From contig NC_057718.1 of assembly GCF_004010195.1 (NCBI RefSeq), positions 99,311,470 through 99,375,469 of the forward strand: DNA of 64,000 bases, written 5' to 3'. This document shows, in pieces, positions 50,001 to 62,563 of this stretch (its first letter is position 1; every line of letters begins with the position of its first letter). Position numbers and translations under genes: made by a program. The notes below the pieces were generated by a model, which was given only the letters and a program-made list of their open reading frames with translations, did not search any database and had not been told where the DNA came from. The DNA is from Chiloscyllium plagiosum (lineage: Eukaryota).

Positions 50001-50825
50001 TCATTTTGTGGTATGTGGGCTGGGTCAGCATTCATTAAACATCCCTAGTTGCCCCCTTGAGAAGGTGGGGGTGAGCTGCCTTCATGAACCGCTGCAGTCC
50101 ACCTGCTATGGGTTGACCCACAATGCCCATAGGGAGGGAATTCCAGGATTTTGACCCAGCGACAGTGAAGGAACAGTGATATATTTCCAAGTCAAGATGG
50201 TGCGGGGCTTGGAAGGGAACTTGCAGAGGGGTAGTGTTCCCATGTATCTGCTACCCTTGTCCTTCTAGATGGAAGTGGTCGTGGGTTTGGAAGGCACTAT
50301 CTGAGGGTCTTTGGTGAATTTCCACAGTGCATCTGGGAGCTAGTACACACTGCTGCTACTGAGCGTTAGTGGTGGAGGGAGAGTGGATGTTTGTGGATGT
50401 GGTGCCAGTTAAGTGGGGGTTGCTTTGTCCTGGATGATTTCAAGAATGAGGGGGTTCACATAGAAGCCAATAAAAGGACTAGACAGGGTAGATACAGGAA
50501 GGATGTTCCTGATGACTGGGAGTCTAGAACTAGGTGTCACAAACCTAAGTACATGGGTAGGCCATTTAGGACTGAGATGAGGAGAAACTCCTTCACCTGG
50601 AGAGCGGGGAGTTGGAGAAATTCTCTGCCACCTGAAAGCAGTTGAGGCCCAAACATTGAATGATTTCAAAAAGAAGTTAGATACAGCATTTGAGGGCAAA
50701 GGGATCAAAATATGTGGGGGTAAAGTAGAAACAGGCTATGGATGATCAGCCATGATTGTAATGAAGATGGAGCAGACTCTTGGGGTGAATGGCCTAATCC
50801 TGCTCCTATTTTCTATCTTCCTATG
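49915..50825. mobile_element. CR1 3' end (+) interrupted by a family-C LINE (-, ~49990-50437)
   Basis: GRPFRTEMRRNSFTWR on +. The insert is colinear with 8305-8740. caaga is duplicated at the junctions. Confidence 0.82.
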
Positions 50826-51939
50826 AAACGTGCTATGACCTGCCCCAAGTACTATTGCCCAAGGTTATCTGACAACTCCAGCCAAAGGGGAGGAAAATAG
50901 GATAAGAAAGCATTAAAAATAGTTCTACAAACTCTTCTCTCTCTCTGGGCTCCTTGCGTACCTCACAGCTGCCTCTTTCTGCCTGTTATGGTGCCAGCCT
51001 TGAGCCACCATTTTATTCACCCTTGGCGATGAAGTCCCATCTTCAAAATGTCTTCCCAGCGCCCACTGTCGGGTGGCCAGCCAACTGCCTGTTGAGCACC
51101 CCCCGCCCCCCCCACCAAACTATCCCCTGGGCAAAACATAACTCTCAACACCTGAGGCAGGCCTCGTAAAAGAAAAATAATCAAAAGGTGCAGATTTTTA
51201 GACAGGGTTTGCATCTTATCCGTACATTTTTATTTAACGATGGAACCAAAGTATTCAGTGAGGGCTAGCTGTCCATTAATTGTTCCAGCATCAAACAGGC
51301 TTCATTTTGGGCCTACTAACAACAATGCAAAGAGATTCCCAGGGGTCCAAACACCTGCTGCCCACAGAGACTGAGGTAATTAATTCTGACAGTTAATTGT
51401 GCTCTTTGCATTCCTCAATTGGTGAACAGACTGGAGGGCAGGGTTGAAAGATTGACCTGCTCACCCATCATGAGCCACACTCCTGACAAGTGTCCCTTTA
51501 CCCTTTCATTAGGCAGCAGTTCCTCTCTATTCATTGATCGGTGTTCAATCAATCGGTTTCCACATTTGTGCAGAATTTCCCTGCCTCCAAAGCAGACAGG
51601 GCACTGAATCCAGTCTATAATTATTCACCGCGGTCAATTGTTGTTGAACAAAATGTGACACTATTCACTGCACAAAGCAAACAGACTGGCTTGCTCACGT
51701 GCGGAGCCTATGGAAGACAAGAGCACAATCAGACCCGTCTTTGAAAGCATCCTGATTTCGCAGGGAATGCAAATCTGACTGCCTGAGCGTGTCAGGGGGG
51801 ACTGTGGCCATCCCCAAGCTTCTCCAGAAACTTGTCCTCACCGTCATGAGTTGAAGTAGCAGGCTGATAACTTCAATGGAGATTGAGGGATATAATATTG
51901 GCTGCGGGGGGAGTCTGTGTCCTATCATGATCCCCATTG

Positions 51940-52190
51940 CAGTGCCAGGGACCCGGGTTCAATTCCACCCTCAGGCGACTGTCTGTGTGCATTTTGCACA
52001 TTCTCCCTGTATCTGCTTGGGTTCCCTCCTGGTGCTCTGGTTTCCTCCCACAGTCCAAAGATGTGCATGTTAGGTGGATTGGCCATGGAGAAATGCAGGG
52101 TTACAGGGATAAGGTGAGTCTGGGTGGGAAGCTCTCCAGAGGGGCTGGTGTGGACTCGATGGGCTGAATGGCCTGCTTTACACAGCAGGG
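51940..52190 (+). mobile_element. HE1-like SINE
   Basis: gggacccgggttcaattcc and V-core. Confidence 0.88.
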
Positions 52191-53443
52191 GTCCCGTGAA
52201 CAAATGCTGGCCTTGCCGGTTATGCCCTCATCTCACGACAAAATTTTTAAAATTGTCTAAAGTGCTGTGACAGGGATGGACAAGAAACACTGAAATATAT
52301 CACAAGTGAATTTCGCACCTTCTCAGTTCCATGTTGAGCTGCAATACTGGGAGGTGAAGTCAGACAGTGAGATGTGGTGTCTTTGGGAAGAAAGAGAACA
52401 GTAATCTGGTGCTTCATGTGTCCAGACGATAGAGATTTAGGACAATTAAATCCTGTCCCATCAGCAACAGGGTCTTCGATTTTTCATAGTTTGCTCTGAC
52501 AACATTTTATTGAGTACATGTGTAGTCGGTGCCCCATTATGTAAGGTGGTTGTAAATAGCTAATGGGGAAGTGCTGTCATTTGGGTGGGAAACACGGTGT
52601 ACTATTACCTATTCAAATACCATGTCCTTTGATGCTTGAGAGTTAATTGAACCCATTTGCCTCTTTCTCCTCCTGATTACTAGGGCCTTACTGTGCCCTC
52701 CTTATCTGTCCTCCTAATCGGGCAGTTTTAAAAGGACTGCAGTTCTCAGTAAGTTAGCAAGCCCGTCTTTCCTCTTCCTCCGTCTTGCACTCCCACACGT
52801 TTCTTCCCTCCCGGGTCAAAAAGGGTGCGTCTGGTCAAAGCGTAAACCTTCAAACGCAATGCGCCGTACCATCAGCTGATTAGTAAAGACTGCCACACAT
52901 TGTAATGGCGCTGGCTGTTCACTGTGACAAATATACTGAGGCTGTTGGGTAAATGGGAAGAAATTTAGAGGGAGAATTATGTGCGCAGGTCTAGGGAGAA
53001 CACAACTCTCCCACCTACCCTTGTTGGAAATTCTCACCACGCTTTGGTGTGTCGGGGGGGTGGGCTGGTTCTGTCACCATCTCCCCACCACCTGGGAGAG
53101 AACTTGAGGAGGGTACACATACCTCTGGGTAGGCCCCACTCCGCAAAACTGGGGCCTACAGCCACAAATGCCCCACCCCACACCCCGAGTCACCACACCA
53201 AACCTCCAAGGCCAACAGACTCCATTGTGGGGCAGGCTCCCTCAACACCAGCAATCCTGAGACTCCCTCCCGAACGGCGTTGTGGGTCTAGCTATCGCAC
53301 ACGGACTGCGGCCCTTCACGAAAGCAGCTCAGCACCATCTTCCCCAAGGGCAGCTAGGGACCAATGATAGGTCGCTGGCCCAGCCAGCGATGCCCACGAA
53401 TGACTGAAAAAAAAACAGCCACTCTTTGTACAGTTTCAAACTC

Positions 53444-53569
53444 TGATGTGGAGGTGCTGGTGTTGGACTGGGGTGGGCAAAGTTAAAACTCACACAACAC
53501 CAGGTTATAGTCCAACAGGTTTATTTGAAATCACAAGCTATCGGAGCGCTGCCCCTTCGTCAGGTAGCT
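53444..53569 (-). mobile_element. F2 PLE module with 12-bp TSD AGTTTCAAACTC
   Basis: TSD at 53432-53443 and 53570-53581. Minus strand reads TAC-CTGACGA-A-GGGGC-AGC-GCTCC-GATA-GC-TT-GTG. Confidence 0.9.
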
Positions 53570-53737
53570 AGTTTCAAACTCAGCATCTTGCTGTTGATGA
53601 ACCCCAAATACTGGCCAGGAATGCACTGGGGTAGAGTGACAGGAGACAATAAGGGAGGTCTTCTGAGTGGATATCAATGGCATGGGTGAGACATCACTGG
53701 AAATGTGCTCACATTTCAAAATGCATGTTGAGTGAGT

Positions 53738-54590
53738 AGATTAGATTCCCTACAGTGTGAAAACAGGCCCTTTGGCCCAACAAGTCCACACTGACCCTCC
53801 AAAGAGTAACCCAGACCCATCTCCCTCTGATTAATGCACCTAACACTATGGGCAATTTAGCATGGCCGATTCACCTGACCTGCACATCTTTGGACTGTGG
53901 GAGGAAACAGAGCATCCGGAGGAAACGCACGCAGACACGGGGAGAATGTGCAAACTCCACACAGTCAGCCGAGGCTGGAATCGAACCCAGGTCCCTGGCA
54001 GCAGTGTGAACCATTGAGCTACCGTGCCACAAGTACATTCTAACTGCAACTACAGCATCAAGGGTATAGAGCCTCATCATCCTTAACACACTGACCCAAG
54101 GTGTGAAGTGAGCAGATCCCCCACCAGGTACAGGTAATGGCTAAAACCAGATGACTGCTCTTTTGGCAACTAGGGTCAATGTCTGCAGTTATCAAACTAT
54201 TGCTGGTATGTCACAGCCAATAGTGGGATCGATTCAAGGTGTTAAATCATGGGGGTTGTGAGTGCTTGGGATTGAGAATGCACCTGGTAGGGTTAGTAAT
54301 AGAATCCCTACAGTGCGGAAGTAGGCCATTCAACCCATCATGTCTGCACCGACCCTCCAAAATGCAACCTTGCTAGATCGGCTCCCCTACCCTACAACCC
54401 TGCATTTCCCATGGCAAATCCATTTAACCTGCACATCTTTGGACTGTGGGAGGAAACCAGAGCACTCGGAGGAATCCCACACAGACACAGGGAGAACGTG
54501 CAAGCTCCACACAGACAGTCACCCGAGGCTGGAATCAAACCCAGGTCCCTGGTGCTGTGAGGCAGCAGTGCTAACCACTGAGCCACTGTG
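53738..54590 (-). mobile_element. Two HE1-like SINEs (53738-54029, 54299-54590)
   Basis: Head, core and tail on -. Confidence 0.9.
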
Positions 54591-56142
54591 CAGTCCTGAT
54601 GCCTACCGTTCACACTGCACATAGTGCCCACACCTCGGTTTCCATTTCAGTGAATAGTAGTCTGTATAACACTGTCGCTCTTTGAAGGCCCTCACATTCT
54701 CCCTCACAGGATGAACACTCATCCCACTGGTGTAAGTGTAGCTCACAGCCATGTTCACCTTCAATTCACGCGTGTTATTCATGACACAATGGATGGTGAA
54801 ATCCTGGAACTCCCTCCCCAAAAGGCATTGTGGTTCTACCTATAGCACACGGACGGCAGCATTTCAAGAAGACACCTCAGCACCACTTTCTTCAAGGGCA
54901 ACTAGGGCCCAGCCAGTGATGAAAACCACCCCATGAGTGAATAACACATAAAGCAGTCACTCTTTGAACAGTGAGGTTCAAACTCGGCATCTTGCTGTTG
55001 GTGAACACTCAAATGTGACCATTCCTTTCTTGGTAGCTGTCCATGTCTACCCTAGTCCTTCAATGTCACCATTTGTCCACTTTGCGCACCACCCCCAGCC
55101 CCAGCCCAAGGCATATGAAGTAAACAGACCAGATCTAGTCATTCAGTGTTGCCTCACGGATGACAGAGTGCTGCTTACAGCCAACAGACTCCTTGCCCTC
55201 CTCTGATCTATCATCTCCCCACTTAGATATTGAGTTGCCCCACCATTCACTATTGCAATGCCCTCTGCATTCCAGCAGGTTATCTCCAAGCTCCACAATT
55301 CAGTTGCTCGTCTTCTCTCCCACAGCAATGGTCCGGACAGCCCCTCCCTGACCCTAAGTGAAAAGACCCCCAAGGATGGTCTCTCCACCTTGAGCGACTT
55401 GGCTGGATTGCTGTGAACAATGAGTGGCTGGACCCCTGACTGGCGTTGGACTGGTAATACTGGATATAGTTGCACAGTATTGACCTGGGGGTGTTGTATT
55501 CTTTTGGAGACCCTGTCACTGACTGCTACTGACAATTGTCTCAGCTCATGGGGCGATATCAGACGCTGCCCCTCACTTACTGTGCTGGGGACCTCCTGCC
55601 AGAATACTTTCATCCTGGACACAACTGAGCCCTAATCCCCTTAGATTTGGAGACCCGGCTCTTTAGGTCACAGCGAAAATTAAGGGGTTTCCCCCATTTC
55701 AGAAGAGTTGAGAAACATCTTGTCTTGGAGATGGTTATGAATCTTCAGCAATTCGCTTCCTCAAAATGCAGTTGATGCAGAATCTTCAAAACTTTTGAAG
55801 GCAAAGATAGATTGATTCTTGATTCCCAAGGGGATAAAAGATTATTGGGGTTTATGCAAAATGTAGAGTTGAGAGTAAGATCAGGTCAGGTCACAATCTT
55901 ATTGACTGGAGGAGCAGGCTCGAAGGGCTGAGTGGCCTACTCCTGTTCCTTGTTAGTATGTTTGCTGGAAACTAAAGTGGTAGTGGTCAGACACTGGGCG
56001 AGTAACCCTGAGATGTTCCTGGTCCAATGAATGAGCTAGGGATCTATCCTGCATTCTCTTCCTCCTGCAGCCCAGATAAGATGAGGTCATTAAGATCACT
56101 TAGTCGACTTAATTGGCAGTGGGTCAGGAAGATTGCCCATGG

Positions 56143-56962
56143 GTACAACACGGAAACAGACCCTTCGGTCCAACTCATCCATATCCTAAATTAATCTAGT
56201 CCCACTTGCCAGTATTTGGCCTATATCCCTCTAAACCCTTCCTATTCATATATCCTTCCAGATGCCTGTTAAATGTTGTAATTGTACCAGCCTCCACCAC
56301 TTCCTCTGGCAGCTCATTCCATACACATACCACCCTTTGCATGGAAAAGTTGCCCCTGAGATCCCTTTTTAATCCTTCCCCTCTCACCTTAAGCCTATGC
56401 CTTCTAGTTCCGCACTCCCCCCCCACCTGGGGGAAAATACTTTGTCCATTTGCCCTATCCATGCCCCTCATAATTTTGTAAACCACTATAAGGTCTCCCT
56501 TCAGCCTCTGACACTCCAGGGAAAACAGCCCCAGCCTGTTCAGCCACTCCCTGTAGCTCAAATCCTCCAACCCTTGGAAATCTTTTCTGAACCCTTTCAA
56601 GTTTCACAACGTTCTTCCTATAGTAGGGAGATCAGAATTACACGCAGTGTTCCAAAGGTGGCCTAACCAATGTCCTGTACAGCCGCAACATGACCTCCCA
56701 ACTCCTGTACTCGATACTCTGACCAATACTCTGACCAATAATCTGACCAATACTCCTTCCTGAAGAAGGGCTCATGCCCGATACGTCGATTCTCCTGTTC
56801 CTTGGATGCTGCCTGACCTGCTGCGCTTTTCCAGCAACACATTTTCAGCTCTGATCTCCAGCATCTGCAGTCCTCACTTTCTCCTACTCTGACCAATAAA
56901 GGAAAGCATACCAAACGCCTTCTTCACTATCCTACCCACCTGCGACTCCGCTTTCAAGGAAC
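56143..56962 (-). mobile_element. CR1 3' end interrupted by an F1 module (+, 56757-56885)
   Basis: ORF 56196-56600 LGLFSLECQRLKGDLI..QRVVCVWNELP. tactctgaccaata is repeated at both junctions. Confidence 0.92.
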
Positions 56963-57674
56963 ATGAGGAACGAATTTCTGCAGGAAAATAGATAGATGTT
57001 TTGAAGGAATTAAGGGTTATAGTGAGCGGGTGGGTTAGGGGAGCTGAGTTCATGTAAAGATCAGCCATGATCTTATTGAATGGTGGAGCAGGCTCAATGG
57101 GCCACTCCTGCTCCTAGTTTTTATGTTCAATTTACTGACACTGTGATGGCTCCTGACCCAAAAGCACTGATGTTGTAGTAAAAGTTATTTTAATATTCTG
57201 GCGCAAAAAATCAAGAGGACATTGGTGTTTCAGTGCAGCATGGTCCACTTTTACATTATGCTGTGCTGCCATTACAGACGCCTGAACTCCATATTCTTTA
57301 AATTAGTCCTTATCTTAATTAAATCCCATTTAGATTCTTTCGAGCAGTGTTTCAGAATCTCCTCCAGATATTTTACCAAGGCAGGAACATGCATGCATTA
57401 GGGATTGTTGTTATCAGAAATTCACCTCTCTTGTGCTAATTGATTCCAGGCTGATTGCATTCAGATAAACCTCTTTACAACCACATACTTTGCAATGCAA
57501 TAACGAAAATGAGGCACTTTGTAAAAACAGCTAAAGCCTTGTTGAACCCAGATGAAGGCAGTTCATCAAAAAAAAATGGCCAGTGGGCCTTTTGTTGTGA
57601 AACTAAGGGGGAAAGTAAAACCGTGCAGCAGTTCGAGCTGAGTTTGGGTCCGATTGCTCACAGTTCACGTACCC

Positions 57675-58160
57675 TCTGGAGGGCCAATATTTACCTCTCA
57701 GTGCACATTTGACTTCTCCAAGGCAACTGGGGATGGATGATAAATACTGGACCTGACTAGCGTTGCCTGAATGAATTGAGAAAAAAAGATTACTGAAACG
57801 TATCAGCCCAGTGGGATCTTGCTGTGTGCAGACTGGTGGCTGCATCGTCCACACCACAACACGGGCTGCACGTCAGAAAGGACTACACTGTGAAAGAGGT
57901 TCACATAGGCCAGTAACCCATCACCCTTTAGTTACATGCAAACAGCCCTTTGCCTATAGTACTGCCTCATCCAGTCAGGCACCAGGGTAGCAGTGTCTCT
58001 GATACTGTCAGCCAGGGCTCCCTGATTGGGCCAGGTTAACAGCCCAAATCGGGGACCTCCATAAGGTCCAACAGGGCTGACTTCCTAACAATCACTGCAC
58101 GTTGGTTTGAGAGTGCTGTGAGCCGTTTGGTGGATGTGACATGCGCTTTTTAAATGCGAT
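57675..58160 (+). mobile_element. DeuSINE-like (SacSINE1/AmnSINE1-type) remnant, interrupted
   Basis: ggccaatattttacctctca, gtgggatcttgctgtgtgca and tail gtgacatgcgctttttaaatgc resemble the Deu domain and tail as I recall them. Confidence 0.55.
57891..58099 (-). mobile_element. Probable solo LTR
   Basis: TG...CA termini. Flanks cactg / cgttg are consistent with a decayed 5-bp TSD. CCAAT box (ccaatcagggag) on -. Splits the DeuSINE-like element. Confidence 0.6.
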
Positions 58161-58898
58161 TCAATTCGAAAGCAGATTCAGCCTTGTGAACAGGCATCAT
58201 CGAACCCCCCAAGGGGGAGACATGATGTCATATTACGGCACTTTGATCCGCACCAGCATTGATTCCACTACAGCCAGGTGTGAAGACCAACGTAATTACT
58301 TTGGGGGACATTCAAATTCCATCTGTAAAGGCTGGAAATGCTAACTAGGGCCAGACAATCGGAGCATCTGTGTCCTCATGTTACCTGTGATGCAATACTC
58401 CTGTTTCCTCATCCTCTTGAATTACATGAGGAAGGTTTATATGTGCGCCCTGACTTCATTGAAAATTGAGCTAATTTCGATCAATTGACCAGCTATTAGT
58501 TAAAAGATTCATCTCCATCTCAATCAGGGTCAGGGGTAATCTGTTGCAGAGTGAATATGCAGGAGATGCTTCTCAAATGTCATGTTGTTTCACAAGGCAA
58601 TCTCCTTTTGTTCTTTACACACGATGTGGCACAATGAGTTTTCAGTGAGTCACTGTATTGTACGCTGCGGTGTGAAACGGAGTTTGGCTGTGTGTGAGTG
58701 GGCGTCGGCAGCCCCAGGATAACCCACTTCTGGGTGGCAAGGCACAAAACGCAAAGTAGGTCACAGCCAAGTGCCCACGCAGAGGGAAAAACCAGCACAG
58801 ACCAGTACGGAACCTGTATGAAACCAGAGCAAGATCTACTGACGTATACTGGCTTTGATCCAGTGGATTCATTCTGGAGGTGACCACAAGTCCTCGAG

Positions 58899-59212
58899 TC
58901 ACGGTGGCACAGTGGTTAGCACTGCTGCCTCACAGCGCCAGAGACCCAGGTTCAGTTCCCACCTCGGGCAACTGTCTGTGTGGAGTTTGCACATTCTCAC
59001 TGTGTCTGCGTGGGTTTCCTCCGGGTGGTCTGGTTTCCTCCCACAGTCCAAAGATGTGCAGGTCAGGTGAATTGGCCGTGTTAAATTGCCCATAGTGTTA
59101 GGTGAAGGGGTAAGTGTAGGGGAATGGGTCTGGGTGGGTTGCTCTTCGGAGGGTTGATGTAGACTTGTTGGGCCGAAGGGCCTGTTTCCACACTGCAAGT
59201 AATCTAATCTAA
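58899..59212 (+). mobile_element. HE1-like SINE, tail-to-tail with a CR1
   Basis: Full head-core; the (TAATC)n tail abuts catagagatgtacagc. Confidence 0.93.
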
Positions 59213-60203
59213 TCATAGAGATGTACAGCATGGAAACAGACCTTTCGGTTCAACTCATCCATGCCGACCAAATATCCTAAATTAGTCTTGTCCATTTGCC
59301 AGCACTTGGCCCATATCCCTGTAAACCATTCTGATTCATATATCCATCCAGATGCCTTTTAAATGTTGTAATTGTACCAGCCTCCACCACTTCCTCTGGC
59401 AGCTCATTCCATACACGCACCACCCTCTGTGTGAGAAACTTGCCCCCTAGGTCCCTTTTATATCTTTTCCCTCTCACCCTAAACCTATGTTCTTTAGTTC
59501 TGGACTCCCCCCACTTGGGGGAAAAGACCTTGCCTATTTATCCTATCCATGCCCCTCATAATTTTGTAAACCTCTATAAGGTCATCCCTCAGCCTCTGAC
59601 ACTCCAGGGAAAACAGCTCCAGCCTGTGCAGCCTCTCCCTGTAGCTCAAATCCTCCAACTCTGGCAACATCCTTGTAAATCTTTTCTGAACCCTTTCCAG
59701 TTTCACAACATTCTTCCTCTCGCAGGGAGATCAGAATTACACGTAGTATTCTAAAGGTGACCTAACCAATGACTTGTACAGCAGCAACGTGACCTCCCAA
59801 CTCCTGTACTCAATACTCTGACCAATAAAGGAAAGCATGCCAAACGCCTTCTTCACTATTCTATTCATCTGCAACTCCACTTTCAAGGAGCTATGAACCT
59901 GCACTCCAAGGTCTCTTTGTTCAGTAACTCTCCCCAGGACCTTACCATTAAGTGTATAAGTCCTGCTAAGATTTGTTTTCTCAAAATGCAGCACCTTGCA
60001 TTTATCTGAATTAAACTCCATCTGCCACTTCCCAGCCCATTGGCCCATCTGGTCAAGATCCTGTTGTAGTCCGAGGTAACCTTCTTCGCTGTACACTACA
60101 CCTCCAATTTTGCAGTCATCTGTAAACTTACTAACTATGCCTCCAATGTTCATATCCAAATCATTTATATAAATGACGAAAAGCAGTGGATCCAGCACTG
60201 ATC
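59212..60203 (-). mobile_element. CR1 (HER1-like) LINE, 5'-truncated
   Basis: GSVLDPLLFVIYINDLD..FTDDCK..WQMEFNSDKCKVLH. Confidence 0.94.
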
Positions 60204-60399
60204 CAACGATCATTCTGAATTTTCTCGATTACTCCACGGTTAGAGCCGAGACTGCCCCTCATCAGAGCTTTCTGTTCATCATCACATTTGTCTTCATTTT
60301 AGTTTCAGTATGTTCCTTCTCCACAGCGACCACTATATCTTCCACCTTTATAACTGTAGTGATAAACCCTTGATAAAAACACATCATGCTCATTAAAAT

Positions 60400-60515
60400 G
60401 ATTGAATCTCAGCAGATCTGAAACATATATGGGGAGAAAGCAAGAGTTAACCCAAAAGTTGAGTTCTGAAGAAGGGTGATTAGACTCGAACTGATAAATC
60501 TGCTTTCTCTCCACC
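60400..60515. mobile_element. Decayed F4-like PLE inverted pair
   Basis: ggggagaaagcaagagttaa is mirrored by tgctttctctcc. Decayed hammerhead gttctgaagaagggtgattagactcgaa. Confidence 0.5.
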
Positions 60516-61127
60516 TCATCTTCATTTTCATGTTGTTACAGAATGAGTGGATTCACACACATGTGATGACTCATGTTTCTCTGTTAATCCTTGCCACTAC
60601 CATCAGTACTTCCAAACTCTCAGCGTAGTGGTGTTATCAGTAACAGGCACTCAGCAATGCAGTGAACTATATATGGTAAGTACAGCGTTTCAATAGACTA
60701 TTCAGCCCAAAGATTCCATGCTAATATTTATTCCCTATGTAAGTGTTCTCCCACTTCCCTTCATCTAACCCCACCAATGTACTTTTTTATTCCTCTCTCC
60801 ATCATGTGGGCATCCAATTCCTGCTTAATGTGAATAGATATTGCTTCGAAACTGTAGTGACAGAAATGCCTTGTTTGAAACCAATGGAAATACTGACAAT
60901 CTGTTTTCCCAGAACAGAGAACTACATTAGAGCACTGACTGTCTCCAAACAGAGCTCCCTTAGCAAGGCACTGTTTTTATGTTGCCTGGATGTTGAGCAG
61001 TGAGGAGGAAGACTCATCTTAAGGGACTTCAGTTTGAGACAGGGCACCATTTCACCTTTCACCTGTTCCTTCCATACCATTGCCTGGGGCGTATGGTACC
61101 ATCGTAGCAAAGACACTGGATTAGTAA

Positions 61128-62563
61128 TAGAGTCATAGAGGCACAGAGTTGTACAGTACGGAAACAGACCCTTTGGTCCAATTCATCCACGCTGACAAGA
61201 TATCCCAACCTAATCTAGTCCCATTTGCCAGCACTCGGCCCATATCCCTCTCAAACCTTCCTATTCATATACCCATCCAGATGCCTGTTAAATGTTGCAA
61301 TTGTACCAGCCTCCACCACTTCCTCTGGCAGCTCATTCCATACACGTACCACCCTCTCCATGAAGAAGTTGCCCCTTAGGTCTCTTTTATATCTTTGTCC
61401 TCTCACCCTAAACCTATGCCCTCTAGTTCTGAACTCCCTGACTCCAGGGAAAAGACCTTGTCTATTTATCCTATCCATGCCCCTCATGATTTTATAAACC
61501 TCTACATGGTCACCCCTCAGCTTCCCACGCTCCAGGGAAAACAGCCTCAGGCAGTTCAGCCTCTCCCTTTAGCTCAAATCCTCTAATCCTGGCAACATGA
61601 CCTCTCAACTCCTATATTGAATGCTCTGACCAATAAAGGAAAGTATGTCAAATGGCTTCTTCACTATCCTATCTACCTGCGACTCTACTTTCAAGCAACT
61701 ATGAACCTGCATTCCAAGGTCTCTTTGTTCAGCAACATTCCCTAGGACCTTACCATTAAGTGTATAAGATTTGCTTTCCCAAAATGCAGCACCTTGCATT
61801 TATCTAAATTAAACTTCATCTGCCTAATCTCATTGGCCCATCTTATCAAGATCCTGTTGTAATCTGAGGTAACCTTCTTCACTGTCCACCAAACCTCCAA
61901 TTTTGGTGTAATCTGCAAACTTACTAACTGTACCTTTTATGCTCACATCCAAATTATTTATATAAATGATGAAAAGTAGCGGACCCAGCACTGATCCTTG
62001 TGGCACTCCACTGGTTACAGGCCTCCACTCTGAAAAACAACCCTCCACTACCACCCTCTGTCTTCTACCTTCGAACCAGTTCTGTTTCCAAATGGCTAGT
62101 TCTCCCTGAAATCCATGCGATCTAATCTTGCTAACCAGCCTCCATGGGGAACCTTGTCGAACGCCTTACTGCAGTCCATATAGATCACGTCCACCACTCT
62201 GTCCTCATCAATCCTCTTTGTTACATTTTCAAAAAACTCAATCAAGTTTGTGAGACATAATTTCCCACACACAAAGCCATGTTGACTATCTTTAAGCAGA
62301 TCTTGCCTTTGCAAATACATGTACGTCCAGTCCCTCAGGATTCTCTCCAACAACTTGGCCACCACCAATGGCAGGCTCACCAGTCTATTGTTCCCTGACT
62401 TTGTCCTTACTACCATTTTAAAATAATGGTACCACGTTAGCCAACCTCCAGTCTTCTGGCACCTCACCTGTGACTATCGATGATACAAGTATCTCAGCAA
62501 GGGGCCCAGCTTCCCACAGAGTTCTAAGGTACACCTGATCAGGTCCTGGGGATTTATCCGCCT
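61128..62563 (-). mobile_element. Longest CR1 (HER1-like) copy, RT core pseudogenised
   Basis: KSPGPDQ, GEVPEDWRLANVVPLF, DVIYMDCSKAFDKVPH, SGVPQGSVLGP and FADYTK spread over several frames. Confidence 0.95.
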
